64,000 nucleotides of DNA, from the NCBI GenBank assembly GCA_937124615.1, contig CAKZKR010000097.1:8697-72696 (forward strand), given 5' to 3'. Position 1 is the stretch's first letter, and every line of letters starts with the position of its first letter. Both the position numbers and the translations under genes were made by a program. Under the pieces are notes generated by a model that saw only the letters and a list, made by a program, of their open reading frames with translations, had not been told where the DNA came from and made no database searches. This document shows, piece by piece, positions 1-9,517 of this stretch. This DNA comes from an uncultured bacterium (GTDB lineage Bacteria > Hydrogenedentota > Hydrogenedentia > Hydrogenedentales > Hydrogenedentaceae).

Positions 1-1
1 T

Positions 2-1366
2 TTTGGGTATATTGGTTTGGTAGGGCTGGCATGCTTTGTTTTGACCAGTTGGAAAACTAAAGATGAGGAAGACCGCTTTTTAATTAAAGAGTCTCTTGCA
101 TTGGTAGGTTTGGGCTGGATATTAATTACTTTGTTTGGTTCTTTACCTTTTTATTTATCAGGACATTTATCATTGATGAATGCTATTTTTGAGTCGGTGT
201 CAGGGTTTACAACCACAGGTTCGACGGTTGTTAAAGATATAGAATCTTTTCCTAAGACATTACTTTTTTGGAGAGCGTTTACACATTTTATAGGGGGTAT
301 GGGAATTGTTGTTATGTTTCTTGCGGTTCTTCCTTATTTAGGTGCAGGAGGAAGACTGCTTCTAAAATCTGAATCTTTTGTTCCTGATGTTAAGTTTATC
401 AAACCCAGAGTAAAGGAGACCTTAAAACAACTATTACTTGTTTATGTGTCGTTGACTGCTATCCAGTGCGTCCTTTTGATTATTTTTGGAATGAATTTTT
501 TCGATGCAGTATGTCATGCCTTTGCAACATTAGCAAGTGGAGGATTTTCGACCCGGCAAATGAGTATAGGAGCCTATGATAGTTTACCTATAGAGTTAGT
601 GACTATTTTTTTTATGCTTTGTGCAGGAACAAACTTTGGGTTGTTTTTTCTTCTTTATCAGAGGAATTTTCGTGCTTTTTTTCAAAATGTAGAGTGGCGA
701 ACATATGTATGTATATGGTTGTTTTCAGTTATACTTATAACGATATGTGTAATGGGGTATCATGGGACATTCTCTTTAGATACGAGTAACTTTGTGCATT
801 ATTCGTTTGGTAAAGCTCTTCGTAGTGTAGCGTTTACAGTTACTTCGTTAATGACGGATACAGGTTTTACTACAATAGATTACGACTTATGGCCTCATTT
901 TGCGAAGTGGTTGCTTGTTATATTGATGATTATAGGAGGGTCAGCAGGATCTACATCTGGTGGGCTAAAGATAATTCGTGTAATAGTTTTGTTTAAATTT
1001 TTACTGAATAGAATACAATCTATATTCCAGCCGAGGGTAATTAAGGCGATTCATTTAGGTGGACAGGTTATTGATGAAGAAATCCAGAGGGCCGTTTTAA
1101 GTTATTTTGCTTTATATGTATCTGTGTTTATTGTTGGTAGTCTTCTTTTATGCTGGGTTGGTTTACCAATTGTAACTTCGATCTCCTCTGTTGCTTCAGC
1201 ACTTAATGGTTGTGGGCCTGGCCTTGAATATGTTGGAGGATTTGAAGATTTCTCTGCTATTCCCGTTCTCGGTAAAGGAGTTTTGTGTATTTTGATGTTG
1301 ATGGGGCGGTTAGAGATATACGCTGTATTGGTTTTATTTTTCCCTTCTTTTTGGCGGGACAAGTAG
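2..1366 (+). CDS. trkH: TrkH/KtrB-family potassium uptake membrane protein (5' end outside the window)
   Basis: Frame is open from the window edge. Multiple TM segments and pore-loop motifs FESVSGFTTTG, TLASGGFS, TDTGF, GGSAGSTSGGLK, LNGCGPG. Confidence 0.93.
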   Translation, partial: FGYIGLVGLACFVLTSWKTKDEEDRFLIKESLALVGLGWILITLFGSLPFYLSGHLSLMNAIFESVSGFTTTGSTVVKDIESFPKTLLFWRAFTHFIGGMGIVVMFLAVLPYLGAGGRLLLKSESFVPDVKFIKPRVKETLKQLLLVYVSLTAIQCVLLIIFGMNFFDAVCHAFATLASGGFSTRQMSIGAYDSLPIELVTIFFMLCAGTNFGLFFLLYQRNFRAFFQNVEWRTYVCIWLFSVILITICVMGYHGTFSLDTSNFVHYSFGKALRSVAFTVTSLMTDTGFTTIDYDLWPHFAKWLLVILMIIGGSAGSTSGGLKIIRVIVLFKFLLNRIQSIFQPRVIKAIHLGGQVIDEEIQRAVLSYFALYVSVFIVGSLLLCWVGLPIVTSISSVASALNGCGPGLEYVGGFEDFSAIPVLGKGVLCILMLMGRLEIYAVLVLFFPSFWRDK

Positions 1367-1392
1367 TTTACAATCCCAATTTTGTTCCAGAA

Positions 1393-1407
1393 TGACAATT
1401 TTTGTCA
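1393..1407. promoter_or_regulatory. Palindrome TGACAA-N3-TTGTCA, candidate enhancer (UAS) for the pilin promoter
   Basis: Perfect 6-3-6 inverted repeat about 115 bp upstream of a sigma54-like element; function inferred. Confidence 0.45.
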
Positions 1408-1521
1408 CTTTTCTGTGTTGATTTCTTTATGTAAAAATAGTGTTATAGAAAAGTATTGTTGTATATTATTGATAGTAAATAGCTTATAAGAATTATGTTT
1501 ATGTTTTGTTTCTTTATATTT

Positions 1522-1538
1522 TTGGCATGATATTTGAT
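1522..1538 (+). promoter_or_regulatory. Sigma54-like -24/-12 element TTGGCATGATATTTGAT upstream of the pilin gene
   Basis: Matches TGGCAC-N5-TTGC spacing (GG-N10-G), but the -12 C is replaced by A. Pilin genes are often sigma54-dependent. Confidence 0.45.
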
Positions 1539-1638
1539 ATATTTTGAATAACAACAATTTAATTTAATAAAGTGCCTTAGTAACCGGGTATTAAGGTAAA
1601 GTTTAAAAAACTAAAAAGAAACAATAAGGAGATTGTGT

Positions 1639-2070
1639 ATGAAAAACAAAGGTTTTACGCTCATTGAATTGATGATTGTGGTGGCAATCATTGCGATTAT
1701 CGCAGCCATTGCAATTCCCAACCTGCTTCGTTCTAGATTGCAGTCTAATGAGTCTGCAGCCATCAGCAACTTGAAGGCTATTGTTGGTGCAGAGGTTGCC
1801 TATAACTCTGCAAATGGTACCTATACAGGTGATTTTGCGGACCTTACAGGTGCCACACCTCCGTTCTTAGAAGGCAACTGGGCTGGTATTAAGCAAGGTT
1901 ATACATTTACTCTTGCTTCTCCAGGACCCAATAATTTTACCTGCAATGCAGACCCGAGTGAAGTGGGTGTAAGTGGAAATCGTTATTTCTATACCGATGC
2001 CAGTGGTGTAATCCGTTTTAATACAGGCGGTCAGGCTGGCCCTGGTGACCCACCCATCGGAGAACAATAA
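1639..2070 (+). CDS. Type IV pilin, likely the major pilin
   Basis: AAGGAG RBS at 1626-1631 favours ATG 1639. Class III signal MKNKG|FTLIELMIVVAII with E5 and P22. Followed by a strong terminator. Confidence 0.88.
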   Translation: MKNKGFTLIELMIVVAIIAIIAAIAIPNLLRSRLQSNESAAISNLKAIVGAEVAYNSANGTYTGDFADLTGATPPFLEGNWAGIKQGYTFTLASPGPNNFTCNADPSEVGVSGNRYFYTDASGVIRFNTGGQAGPGDPPIGEQ

Positions 2071-2118
2071 TAAGTTTGTCTTTAACCCGCTATTCAGTGG
2101 GTTGTGTTGGTGCTGAGT

Positions 2119-2161
2119 GCACGATGGCGGAACCCGGTGACCGCCATCGTGCTTTTTTTTT
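2119..2161 (+). terminator. Intrinsic terminator after pilin 1
   Basis: Perfect 12-bp stem GCACGATGGCGG/CCGCCATCGTGC, 10-nt loop, T9 tail. A second weaker hairpin lies at 2084-2103. Confidence 0.9.
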
Positions 2162-2186
2162 ACATCAAAACAAAAGGATGTGAACA

Positions 2187-2660
2187 ATGGGCACAACAAA
2201 TCAGGGGATAGTAAAATCTAATGGATTTACTCTTATTGAATTGATGATTGTAGTATCGATAATTTCTGTAATAGCTGCGATTACAATTCCAACCTTAATT
2301 CGTTCGAGGATTCATTCCAATGAGGCATCTACCATTTGGAATTTAAGGGCAATTTGTACTGCACAGGTATCCTATCATTCGGCGAATAATACTTATGGTG
2401 ATTTTAATAGTCTCGTAAATTCATCTCCTAATCCTTCGACACGGTACTTAGATGAGTCATGGAGTGAAGGTTGTGTACGACAGGGATATGTGTATTCTAT
2501 GCCTCAGGTTACAAATGTTCAGTTTGTATGTTATGCAGTTCCCCAAACGATTGGCTATTCAGGAAATAAGTATTTTCGAATAGACCACACGGGAATTATT
2601 CGTTATAGCGAAAGTCAATTACCATCGACCAATGATCCTGTTATTGGAGACCCTCAGTAG
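2187..2660 (+). CDS. Type IV pilin-like protein, paralog of 1639-2070
   Basis: NG|FTLIELMIVVSII. Shares RSR..SNE, SAN.TY.DF, QGY, SGN.YF..D..G.IR and DP.IG with pilin 1. Overlaps the hisS stop by 7 nt. Confidence 0.85.
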   Translation: MGTTNQGIVKSNGFTLIELMIVVSIISVIAAITIPTLIRSRIHSNEASTIWNLRAICTAQVSYHSANNTYGDFNSLVNSSPNPSTRYLDESWSEGCVRQGYVYSMPQVTNVQFVCYAVPQTIGYSGNKYFRIDHTGIIRYSESQLPSTNDPVIGDPQ

Positions 2661-4096
2661 TTTTTATCGAGTAATTTTGTGATGGTTTCGAGCATTTTTT
2701 CTCGGGGAATAGTAACTTGACTAACAGTTCCGGCCTCGCGATATTGATTTCTGTCTTTTATATTTTCACGGGCTTTTTCGCCATAGTGAAGGTCTTTTAT
2801 GCATATTTCACCTCTTTTGAGTTCATCCTCACCTAATATGATGGCTATGGGTATGTTGTAATGGTCTGCATGGGATAGTTGTTCGCCGAGGGTTTCTTTT
2901 GATTTTTTTCCAAGGTAAACGCTCACTCGCAAATGTGCATTGCGTAGTTCTTGTGCTATAGATAGGGCTTCGGTAATAGGAACTTTTCCAATTCGGGTTA
3001 TGATAACATCATATAAGGCTTTTTGTGTATTAAATAATTGCAATTCTTCCATTGCACTAATAAGTCTATCGATGCCGATTGACATTCCTGTGCAAGGGAT
3101 ATTTTTATCTGTAAATCGCGATACTAAACCGTCATATCTCCCTCCTCCCATGACAGAACCAATATGTTGAGCATCTTTCAGTGTCATTTCGAATACAGGA
3201 CCTGAATAATAGTCTAAACCACGGGTTAATGATGGGGAAAAGGAGGCTTCTGTATCTTGTATGTCAAGGGCAGATAGATACTGGTCCAGTTCTTCCATTG
3301 TAGAAATTGACTGTTGTGATTCCAGTTGTTCTGATAAATGTTTTTTAATATTCTGGATAATTTCCTTTCTTGTTTTACCTATAATACTGATGAAATTAAT
3401 GATTTTATCAATGATATTGTCAGGTAAACCAACTCCTTTGATTGGATCACCTGATTCATCGATTCGACCTTCTCCGAGTTCTTTTCTAATATTCTCAATG
3501 CCGACTTTTTGTAATTTATCAATTACACGTAATATGTGTTTTTGTGTATCTATATTTTTTATTCCATTTTGTATTAATAATGCATCGATTAGTTTTCTGT
3601 TATTAATTTGAACCTGGAAGTTTTTGAAACCGAGAATTCGCATAACCTCTACCATAATGGCAATAATTTCGGCATCGGCAGCGGTGTTTGGGGTCCCGGC
3701 GATGTCTATATCCATCTGGAGGAATTCGCGGTATCTACCTATTCCGGGTTTATCGGCACGCCAAACTGAACCGATAGTGTACCTTCGGAAAGGTACCTTT
3801 ATCTTGTCAGGGTATTGTGCAATAACCCGGGCAAAAGGGACTGTATGGTCAAATCGAAGGCAAGAAGGTTCCCCTTCAGGAGTTTCTAAGAAAAAAATTT
3901 CTTTATTAATATTTTCGCCGCCGGGACCGAGCAGGATTTCTTTTATCTCAATTGCAGGAGTCTCGATGAAAGTAAAACCATATTTTTCATAAATGGATAT
4001 AATTTTCCCTATTACTTCCTGTCGAATTTTGCTTTTGGGTGGAAGTTGGTCTTGAAAACCTTTGAGTAAACGAGGTTCAACATTTTTTTTTGTCAT
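2654..4096 (-). CDS. hisS: Histidyl-tRNA synthetase
   Basis: KGFQD, LRFDHTVPFAR, GRYREFLQMDID, RGLDYY, GGGRYDGL and a C-terminal anticodon-binding domain. GGAG RBS before ATG 4096. Confidence 0.95.
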   Translation of the reverse strand: MTKKNVEPRLLKGFQDQLPPKSKIRQEVIGKIISIYEKYGFTFIETPAIEIKEILLGPGGENINKEIFFLETPEGEPSCLRFDHTVPFARVIAQYPDKIKVPFRRYTIGSVWRADKPGIGRYREFLQMDIDIAGTPNTAADAEIIAIMVEVMRILGFKNFQVQINNRKLIDALLIQNGIKNIDTQKHILRVIDKLQKVGIENIRKELGEGRIDESGDPIKGVGLPDNIIDKIINFISIIGKTRKEIIQNIKKHLSEQLESQQSISTMEELDQYLSALDIQDTEASFSPSLTRGLDYYSGPVFEMTLKDAQHIGSVMGGGRYDGLVSRFTDKNIPCTGMSIGIDRLISAMEELQLFNTQKALYDVIITRIGKVPITEALSIAQELRNAHLRVSVYLGKKSKETLGEQLSHADHYNIPIAIILGEDELKRGEICIKDLHYGEKARENIKDRNQYREAGTVSQVTIPREKMLETITKLLDKNY

Positions 4097-4264
4097 TTTT
4101 ATGCTCCAATGAGACTTAGAGAATAGTAAATAAAATAGTAAATAAAGATAATTATGAATTGTCAATATTTTAAATGTTTAATATTGTTTTTTCCAATAAT
4201 GAAACTAAAAAAGATGTGCTGAAGTCTTATATCCAAATTCCTTTTTCTTCTGTTCCCCTTGGGG

Positions 4265-5629
4265 CTAATTCGACTTTGTAGATGTCGTTTTAGCCCCTTT
4301 TGGTTTTGGCAAGATGAATTCTAATGGTGATATCAAGTTTTTCCAGATTTGACTGATTATTTTTTTGTTCTGGAAAGTTTGTCCTTTTTGAATAGCGTTG
4401 TAATGGGAAAAACCATGTCGAAGTATTCCCGTAACTGTTGCAAAATCGGGGTTGTTGACAGGTTGTGGAATATTTGGGAAGATGTAATGGGGTTTTGCGA
4501 TACGAACGGATGAGTTAAATATTTTTTCAATTAGGAGATCCATGTTTTTTAATTTTGCTCCTCCTCCGGAAAGAACAATACCCCGAAGTAGAGATTGGAT
4601 TAATCCTTTTTTTTCAATTTCTTTTTTTAGGGCTGTGATTATTTCTTCTGCACGACAGAAGATCACACCTTCTATTTTACTGATTGGGACATTTTTGCTA
4701 AAGCCATCTAAAACACTCTGAAGGGCGATGGGTTTTGTTTTAAGTTCATTTGAGATTAGAGAGGGAGAAAGAGAAGTATCGTTAACGGGTATGTTTGATT
4801 CAATATATTTATTAATAATTTCTTCAGAGATTCCATAATCACAGATAAGTTTATGGGCTTCGTCAAAGGTAATTTTAAATACAGTTGATACATCTTTTGA
4901 CATAAAGATTGTGCCAAAATCGAAAGTAGATGTATAAATAAGTTTGTGGTCTGAGAATAATATAAGGTTGGTTGTTGTTTTCCCAATATCTATTAGTAAG
5001 GTTCCTAATTCCATTTCTTCGGGGGTTAGTGAGCCCATTGCGGTTGCGATGGGATTGTAAATGAAATGGTAGATAACAGAATAGCCGGGATGTAATTCGT
5101 TTTCTATGCAGGATTTTAAATTTTCAATAATTACCTTAGGAATGATGGTAAAGTGAACACGAATTTTGAGTTGATTTGCTTTCATTCCGAGAGGCTGTTG
5201 GACACCTAAATTATCAATATACCATTCGTATGAATTAACAGAAGTGAGTAAGTCTTTGTCGGATTTTTCAATTTGTTGTTGAGCCTTTTTAAACACATTG
5301 TAAAGATGTTCATCGTTGATTTCTTCATTATTAAGTTCAAGTAGGGCTTCTTTTGTAAGAGTCTCTGCCCGCGGTGTGTTAATACCGACAGCAATTAGTT
5401 TTAGAGGAGTGGAATTGATTTTTTGTTGAGCCATATTAACTGCTTCACGAAGAGTATGTCGTGCTGAATCCATATCTTGTATAAGCCCTTTTGATATGGC
5501 TCCCGCAGAAGGGGCTATTCCGTGACCTATAATGGAAAAGTTGCCACTTTTCGTTTGTTCACCTAAGAGGGCTCGTATACAATTGGAACCGAAGTCAATC
5601 GCAAGAATTTGTGCTGGTTTCTTAAACAA
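4265..5629 (-). CDS. ftsA: Cell division protein FtsA (actin-like ATPase)
   Basis: IDFGS phosphate-1, DIGKTTT phosphate-2, LSGGGAKL adenosine motif, and a C-terminal amphipathic helix IISQIWKNL. Confidence 0.85.
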   Translation of the reverse strand: MFKKPAQILAIDFGSNCIRALLGEQTKSGNFSIIGHGIAPSAGAISKGLIQDMDSARHTLREAVNMAQQKINSTPLKLIAVGINTPRAETLTKEALLELNNEEINDEHLYNVFKKAQQQIEKSDKDLLTSVNSYEWYIDNLGVQQPLGMKANQLKIRVHFTIIPKVIIENLKSCIENELHPGYSVIYHFIYNPIATAMGSLTPEEMELGTLLIDIGKTTTNLILFSDHKLIYTSTFDFGTIFMSKDVSTVFKITFDEAHKLICDYGISEEIINKYIESNIPVNDTSLSPSLISNELKTKPIALQSVLDGFSKNVPISKIEGVIFCRAEEIITALKKEIEKKGLIQSLLRGIVLSGGGAKLKNMDLLIEKIFNSSVRIAKPHYIFPNIPQPVNNPDFATVTGILRHGFSHYNAIQKGQTFQNKKIISQIWKNLISPLEFILPKPKGAKTTSTKSN

Positions 5630-5632
5630 TGC

Positions 5633-7387
5633 TTATGCCTCCCTACTAAAGAGGTCTATTGTGTTTAGGGTATTAGAAATGGAATTGTTTTCAATGGATA
5701 TATTTTCTTCTGAGGTTTGTATTTGTCTTAGTGTTTCTTCTAATCGGCGTACAGTATTTCCTCTTTCTTTAATTTGTTTCTGGAGTTGCTCTAATTGGGT
5801 TTCTTTTTCCATCTTCGTTTTTTCAAGAGAATCCATTCTTTGAAGTAAAGTCATGGCCTGGTTTTCAAAATCTCGAATGGATTCTTTTAGCGAAGAGATG
5901 GTCTGATTGAGTTCTTCAATCATTTTTTCTGTTGTGTGTAGGCTTTCTTTGTATTGGTTTAAATTTGTGTTCTCTTTTTCTTTTTGTTGTTCAAGTTCGA
6001 GAATCTTTTTTTCTATCTCTGTAATTTTATTTTGGGTATTTTCAATATCTTTTTCTAAGGTTTTTTTATTGGTTTCTGTTTTTTGGGTAAGAAATTGTTG
6101 TTCCTTCAATTCTTCTTCTATGGATTTAATTTCATTGTGACATATATTAAGTTGTTCTTGTACCTGACTAATTTCAGAAGTTAAACTTTCGATTTGATAT
6201 TCTGTACTACGAAAGTCAATTTTTACTTTTTCAACCTCTAATTTTGCCATTTCTTTAGCAAGTTCTATGGCTTTTGCTTTGGCTGTTTCGTGAGTTCCGC
6301 TAACAATGGCTTTCAATGTATCTAAAAGGATTTCTTTTACTTCATTCTGGGATATTTTATTTATTTGTTGGATAAGGGAATGAATATCCATATCGACTTT
6401 TTGTTCTGTTGTTATTATATTTGACTCTGTAAATGGTATTGTTTCTTCTGATGATGACTGAATTTTAGTTTCGTCCGGTATTTTATCTGTTGTTTGAAGT
6501 GGAGTGGATATTTCTGTTTCTTCGGACATTTTATAGGGGATGGTATCGATAGTATATGAAGGATTATCACTTTGTATAGCATCGTTAATAGTATTTGTAG
6601 CATCTTCAACTATATTATTGTACTCAACAGTTGTGGGTATTTCGCTATGTGATATTTCGATCGTTTCTTCTACAGATATTGAATTAGTAATGTTCTCGGC
6701 GGAAGGGAGAATATCCTGTGGAGGAGTATTATCGGAGGGGGAATAGGAAATCGAGGTATCTGCTGGCAAGTATAAGTTTTCTGTTTCCGAGACAGGTGTT
6801 CCAATAGGTTCTTCATTGTCATCGACAAGTCGAATTCCTGAATTAGTGAAATCTGTTACAACTTTTTGGTAGGACTTTGTCCATTGTTCAAACATGGGTT
6901 TGTTTGGTTTTCCTCTCATAAAATCAGCAACGACACAGCATAGAAGAGAGTACAGTTCAAGTGCCGGTTCTATTGAAAGATGAGACTTGCCGACCCTGTC
7001 CGATGAATAAATGATGCGTGCTATGTCTAAAAATAATTGTTCTAAATCTTTTCGTTTATTTTGGGAAGCAATTTCAATGCAATTTCCTAATATAGGCAAT
7101 GCAGAGTCTACCCAGTCTCTTGAGTTTGGAAATAGTTTTCCTTCTTCAATAATTTTTCTTAGATTTGTTAAAAAGGGTGATATTTTCTTCCCTAATTCTA
7201 TAATTTCTGTTTCAGTGTTAATTTTTAATCCTGGACTTTCTTCATTCATATCTGTGTTTGTTTGTGACAAAAGAGCCTCCTTTTCTTCTGTTTTTACAGA
7301 ATCATCTGTTGTGGACGAAGAAGTTTTTTTATTGAAAATGGATTTCCCTTGTGTCCAGAAAAGCCTTGAACGATTTCCAATTCGCAC
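5633..7387 (-). CDS. Hypothetical protein: helical N-domain, acidic S/T/P-rich linker, long C-terminal coiled coil
   Basis: 584-aa ORF with a GGAGG RBS. Heptad-rich E/K/Q/L region over roughly the last 230 aa. Confidence 0.8.
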   Translation of the reverse strand: MRIGNRSRLFWTQGKSIFNKKTSSSTTDDSVKTEEKEALLSQTNTDMNEESPGLKINTETEIIELGKKISPFLTNLRKIIEEGKLFPNSRDWVDSALPILGNCIEIASQNKRKDLEQLFLDIARIIYSSDRVGKSHLSIEPALELYSLLCCVVADFMRGKPNKPMFEQWTKSYQKVVTDFTNSGIRLVDDNEEPIGTPVSETENLYLPADTSISYSPSDNTPPQDILPSAENITNSISVEETIEISHSEIPTTVEYNNIVEDATNTINDAIQSDNPSYTIDTIPYKMSEETEISTPLQTTDKIPDETKIQSSSEETIPFTESNIITTEQKVDMDIHSLIQQINKISQNEVKEILLDTLKAIVSGTHETAKAKAIELAKEMAKLEVEKVKIDFRSTEYQIESLTSEISQVQEQLNICHNEIKSIEEELKEQQFLTQKTETNKKTLEKDIENTQNKITEIEKKILELEQQKEKENTNLNQYKESLHTTEKMIEELNQTISSLKESIRDFENQAMTLLQRMDSLEKTKMEKETQLEQLQKQIKERGNTVRRLEETLRQIQTSEENISIENNSISNTLNTIDLFSREA

Positions 7388-7510
7388 GATTTATTCCTCC
7401 AAACAAAGAATCTTGTTTGTCAATACACATTATATAGTATTTATTTAATTTATATAATACTATATATAATATGATAAAAAAAATAGGTAATCAAAAAATA
7501 TTTTTGATTA

Positions 7511-7849
7511 TTATAAATGTTGGAGGATATTTTGTAATTTTTTCTCTGTAATTGTTAAGTGTGAGAAGTGGTTTAATACGGTTCCGTTTTTAATAATGAT
7601 AATTTGAGGCGATTGATGTTCTACTTTGAGTGTTTCTGCAATGTAGTTCGATAAAGGACGGGAGTCTACGACATTAATGAGAAAAGTTTTGTCTTTGTAC
7701 TCTACATGGTTATCGAGAAATGTGTCCGTCTCTTTTTTTGCATTCCATGAGATAGGACAACGATTGCTATGTTTGAGAAAAATTAATAGTTTGTCTTTGT
7801 TATTTTGTAATAAATTATCAAATTCTTCTGTTTTTGTAATTTCTCTCAT
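7511..7849 (-). CDS. ytxJ: YtxJ/BrxC-type monothiol bacilliredoxin (thioredoxin-like fold)
   Basis: KHSNRCPIS motif, VEHQSPQ cis-Pro loop, SH near the C-terminus. Start placed at MREIT. Confidence 0.8.
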   Translation of the reverse strand: MREITKTEEFDNLLQNNKDKLLIFLKHSNRCPISWNAKKETDTFLDNHVEYKDKTFLINVVDSRPLSNYIAETLKVEHQSPQIIIIKNGTVLNHFSHLTITEKKLQNILQHL

Positions 7850-7868
7850 AGGATTTAATATTGTATTG

Positions 7869-9449
7869 TTAAAGTTTTTCTTTACGGGAAAGCAGTTCAA
7901 GTTTCAGACCTATCCATGCAGTTTTTAGCAGGGCTCCTATTCCGCGTTTAAATACACTTTCAAAAACCTGAGAGAATAATTCAAATTTTTTGTGAGAATA
8001 GGGATACCAATAGGCTTCCATGCGGTTCCATTGATGGTCTATCAGTATGCTTTTGATATTAGAGAAAGTGTATAGTCCTTGAGCACCACGGTATCTGCCA
8101 AAACCGCTATCTTTAACTCCACCGAAAGGTAATCCTGAATTGGCTTGTGTTGCGAGGACATTGTTAATGGAGACATTTCCTGTTACGATTTTTCTTGCGA
8201 CCCTTTCGGCTCGTTTTTTATCAGCAGACCAAACACTGGCAGAAAGTCCGTAGGGTGAATCGTTTGCCATTTCGATTACTTCTTCTTCTGTTTTAAATGG
8301 GGTAATGGTAACCACAGGTCCAAACGATTCATGGTATTGTATGCGATAGTCTCTTTCTACATTTGTAATAATGGTAGGTGGAAATGCATGACTTCCTTTT
8401 TGTCTTTCTCCTCCACAAAGGATTCTGGCACCTTTTTGTTTTGCTTCTTCAAGTTGAGATTCGATTTCCTCAATTTGGAAATTAGCTGTCATGCAACCGA
8501 CATCCAACTCTTTTTCATTAGGTGGGTTGGGAGTGTTTGCAAGGGTTCTTAATTTTTTTACTTTCTCGACCATGAGATTTACAAAAGGTTCGAATATTTT
8601 TTCGTGTACGAATATGCGTTCTACGGAGGTGCAGGTCTGTCCACAATTAGTAAAACTACCCCAAATAGCACCGGTAACAGTTCTTTCAAGGTTTACATCT
8701 TCAAACACAATCATGGGGTCTTTTCCGCCTAATTCTAATTCGACAGGGATAAGATGTTCTGCGGATTGTTTCATAATTATTTTTCCGACATCTACACTAC
8801 CGGTAAAGTGAATTTTATCGGGTCTTTTTTCAATCAGTAAATTGGCTGTTTTACGACTGGCATAGGCAATTTGTAGGGCTCCTTTCATGAATCCTGACTC
8901 TTCAATAATTTTTTCGTAAAGACCTTTCAGTGGAGTAATTCGAGAAGGTTTTATAATAACTGCATTTCCTGCAGTAAAAGCACAAACGAAAGGTACAAAT
9001 GATAAATGGAAAGGATAGTTCCATGGAGATATGATAAGAATAACACCTAATGGGTCATATACTATTTTCGATTTTTTCCCCATCAGTAGAATGGGTGTTG
9101 GAATATGTTGGTCTCTTAGGATTTTTTCTGCGTTTTTTTGATAGTAGTCAATCTGGTCGACAGAGGGGAAGACTTCAAGGAGTAATGCATCTGTTATACA
9201 TTTTCCTGTTTCTTTTGTAATGAAATGTGCAATTTCTTCTCGATTTTTGATGATGTATTGCTTAACCTTGTCTAATTCATTGAGCCTTTCACGGACGGAC
9301 ATTGAACTGATAACTTCAAATGCTTTTCGTGCCGTTTTATACATTTCTTCAACATCTTTTTCAGTAATTTCTTGAAATGTATAGAGTAGTTCACCTGTTT
9401 TGGGATTTTGTACTTCAACGATAGGTGGAGTTGTTAAAGTTGCTTCCAT
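7869..9449 (-). CDS. Aldehyde dehydrogenase (resembles the diapolycopene-dialdehyde dehydrogenase-like subfamily)
   Basis: PWNYP, IKPS, FTGS, ELELGGKDP, NCGQTCTS, ESFGP and PFGGVKDSG motifs. Confidence 0.92.
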   Translation of the reverse strand: MEATLTTPPIVEVQNPKTGELLYTFQEITEKDVEEMYKTARKAFEVISSMSVRERLNELDKVKQYIIKNREEIAHFITKETGKCITDALLLEVFPSVDQIDYYQKNAEKILRDQHIPTPILLMGKKSKIVYDPLGVILIISPWNYPFHLSFVPFVCAFTAGNAVIIKPSRITPLKGLYEKIIEESGFMKGALQIAYASRKTANLLIEKRPDKIHFTGSVDVGKIIMKQSAEHLIPVELELGGKDPMIVFEDVNLERTVTGAIWGSFTNCGQTCTSVERIFVHEKIFEPFVNLMVEKVKKLRTLANTPNPPNEKELDVGCMTANFQIEEIESQLEEAKQKGARILCGGERQKGSHAFPPTIITNVERDYRIQYHESFGPVVTITPFKTEEEVIEMANDSPYGLSASVWSADKKRAERVARKIVTGNVSINNVLATQANSGLPFGGVKDSGFGRYRGAQGLYTFSNIKSILIDHQWNRMEAYWYPYSHKKFELFSQVFESVFKRGIGALLKTAWIGLKLELLSRKEKL

Positions 9450-9517
9450 AGTAAGCTCCTTCTTTAAGATTAATTTTTATTTTAGACTTTTTATAATGGG
9501 AAATGTTTCTATATGTT

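Noticed and set aside
1639-2070. Electrically conductive (e-pilin) interpretation
   Set aside because: Mature positions 24 and 27 are Leu and Ser rather than aromatic, and the pilin is full length.
2084-2161. Double hairpin as a structured ncRNA (SRP or riboswitch)
   Set aside because: No SRP helix-8 motif or recognisable aptamer. A 3' stabiliser plus terminator explains it.
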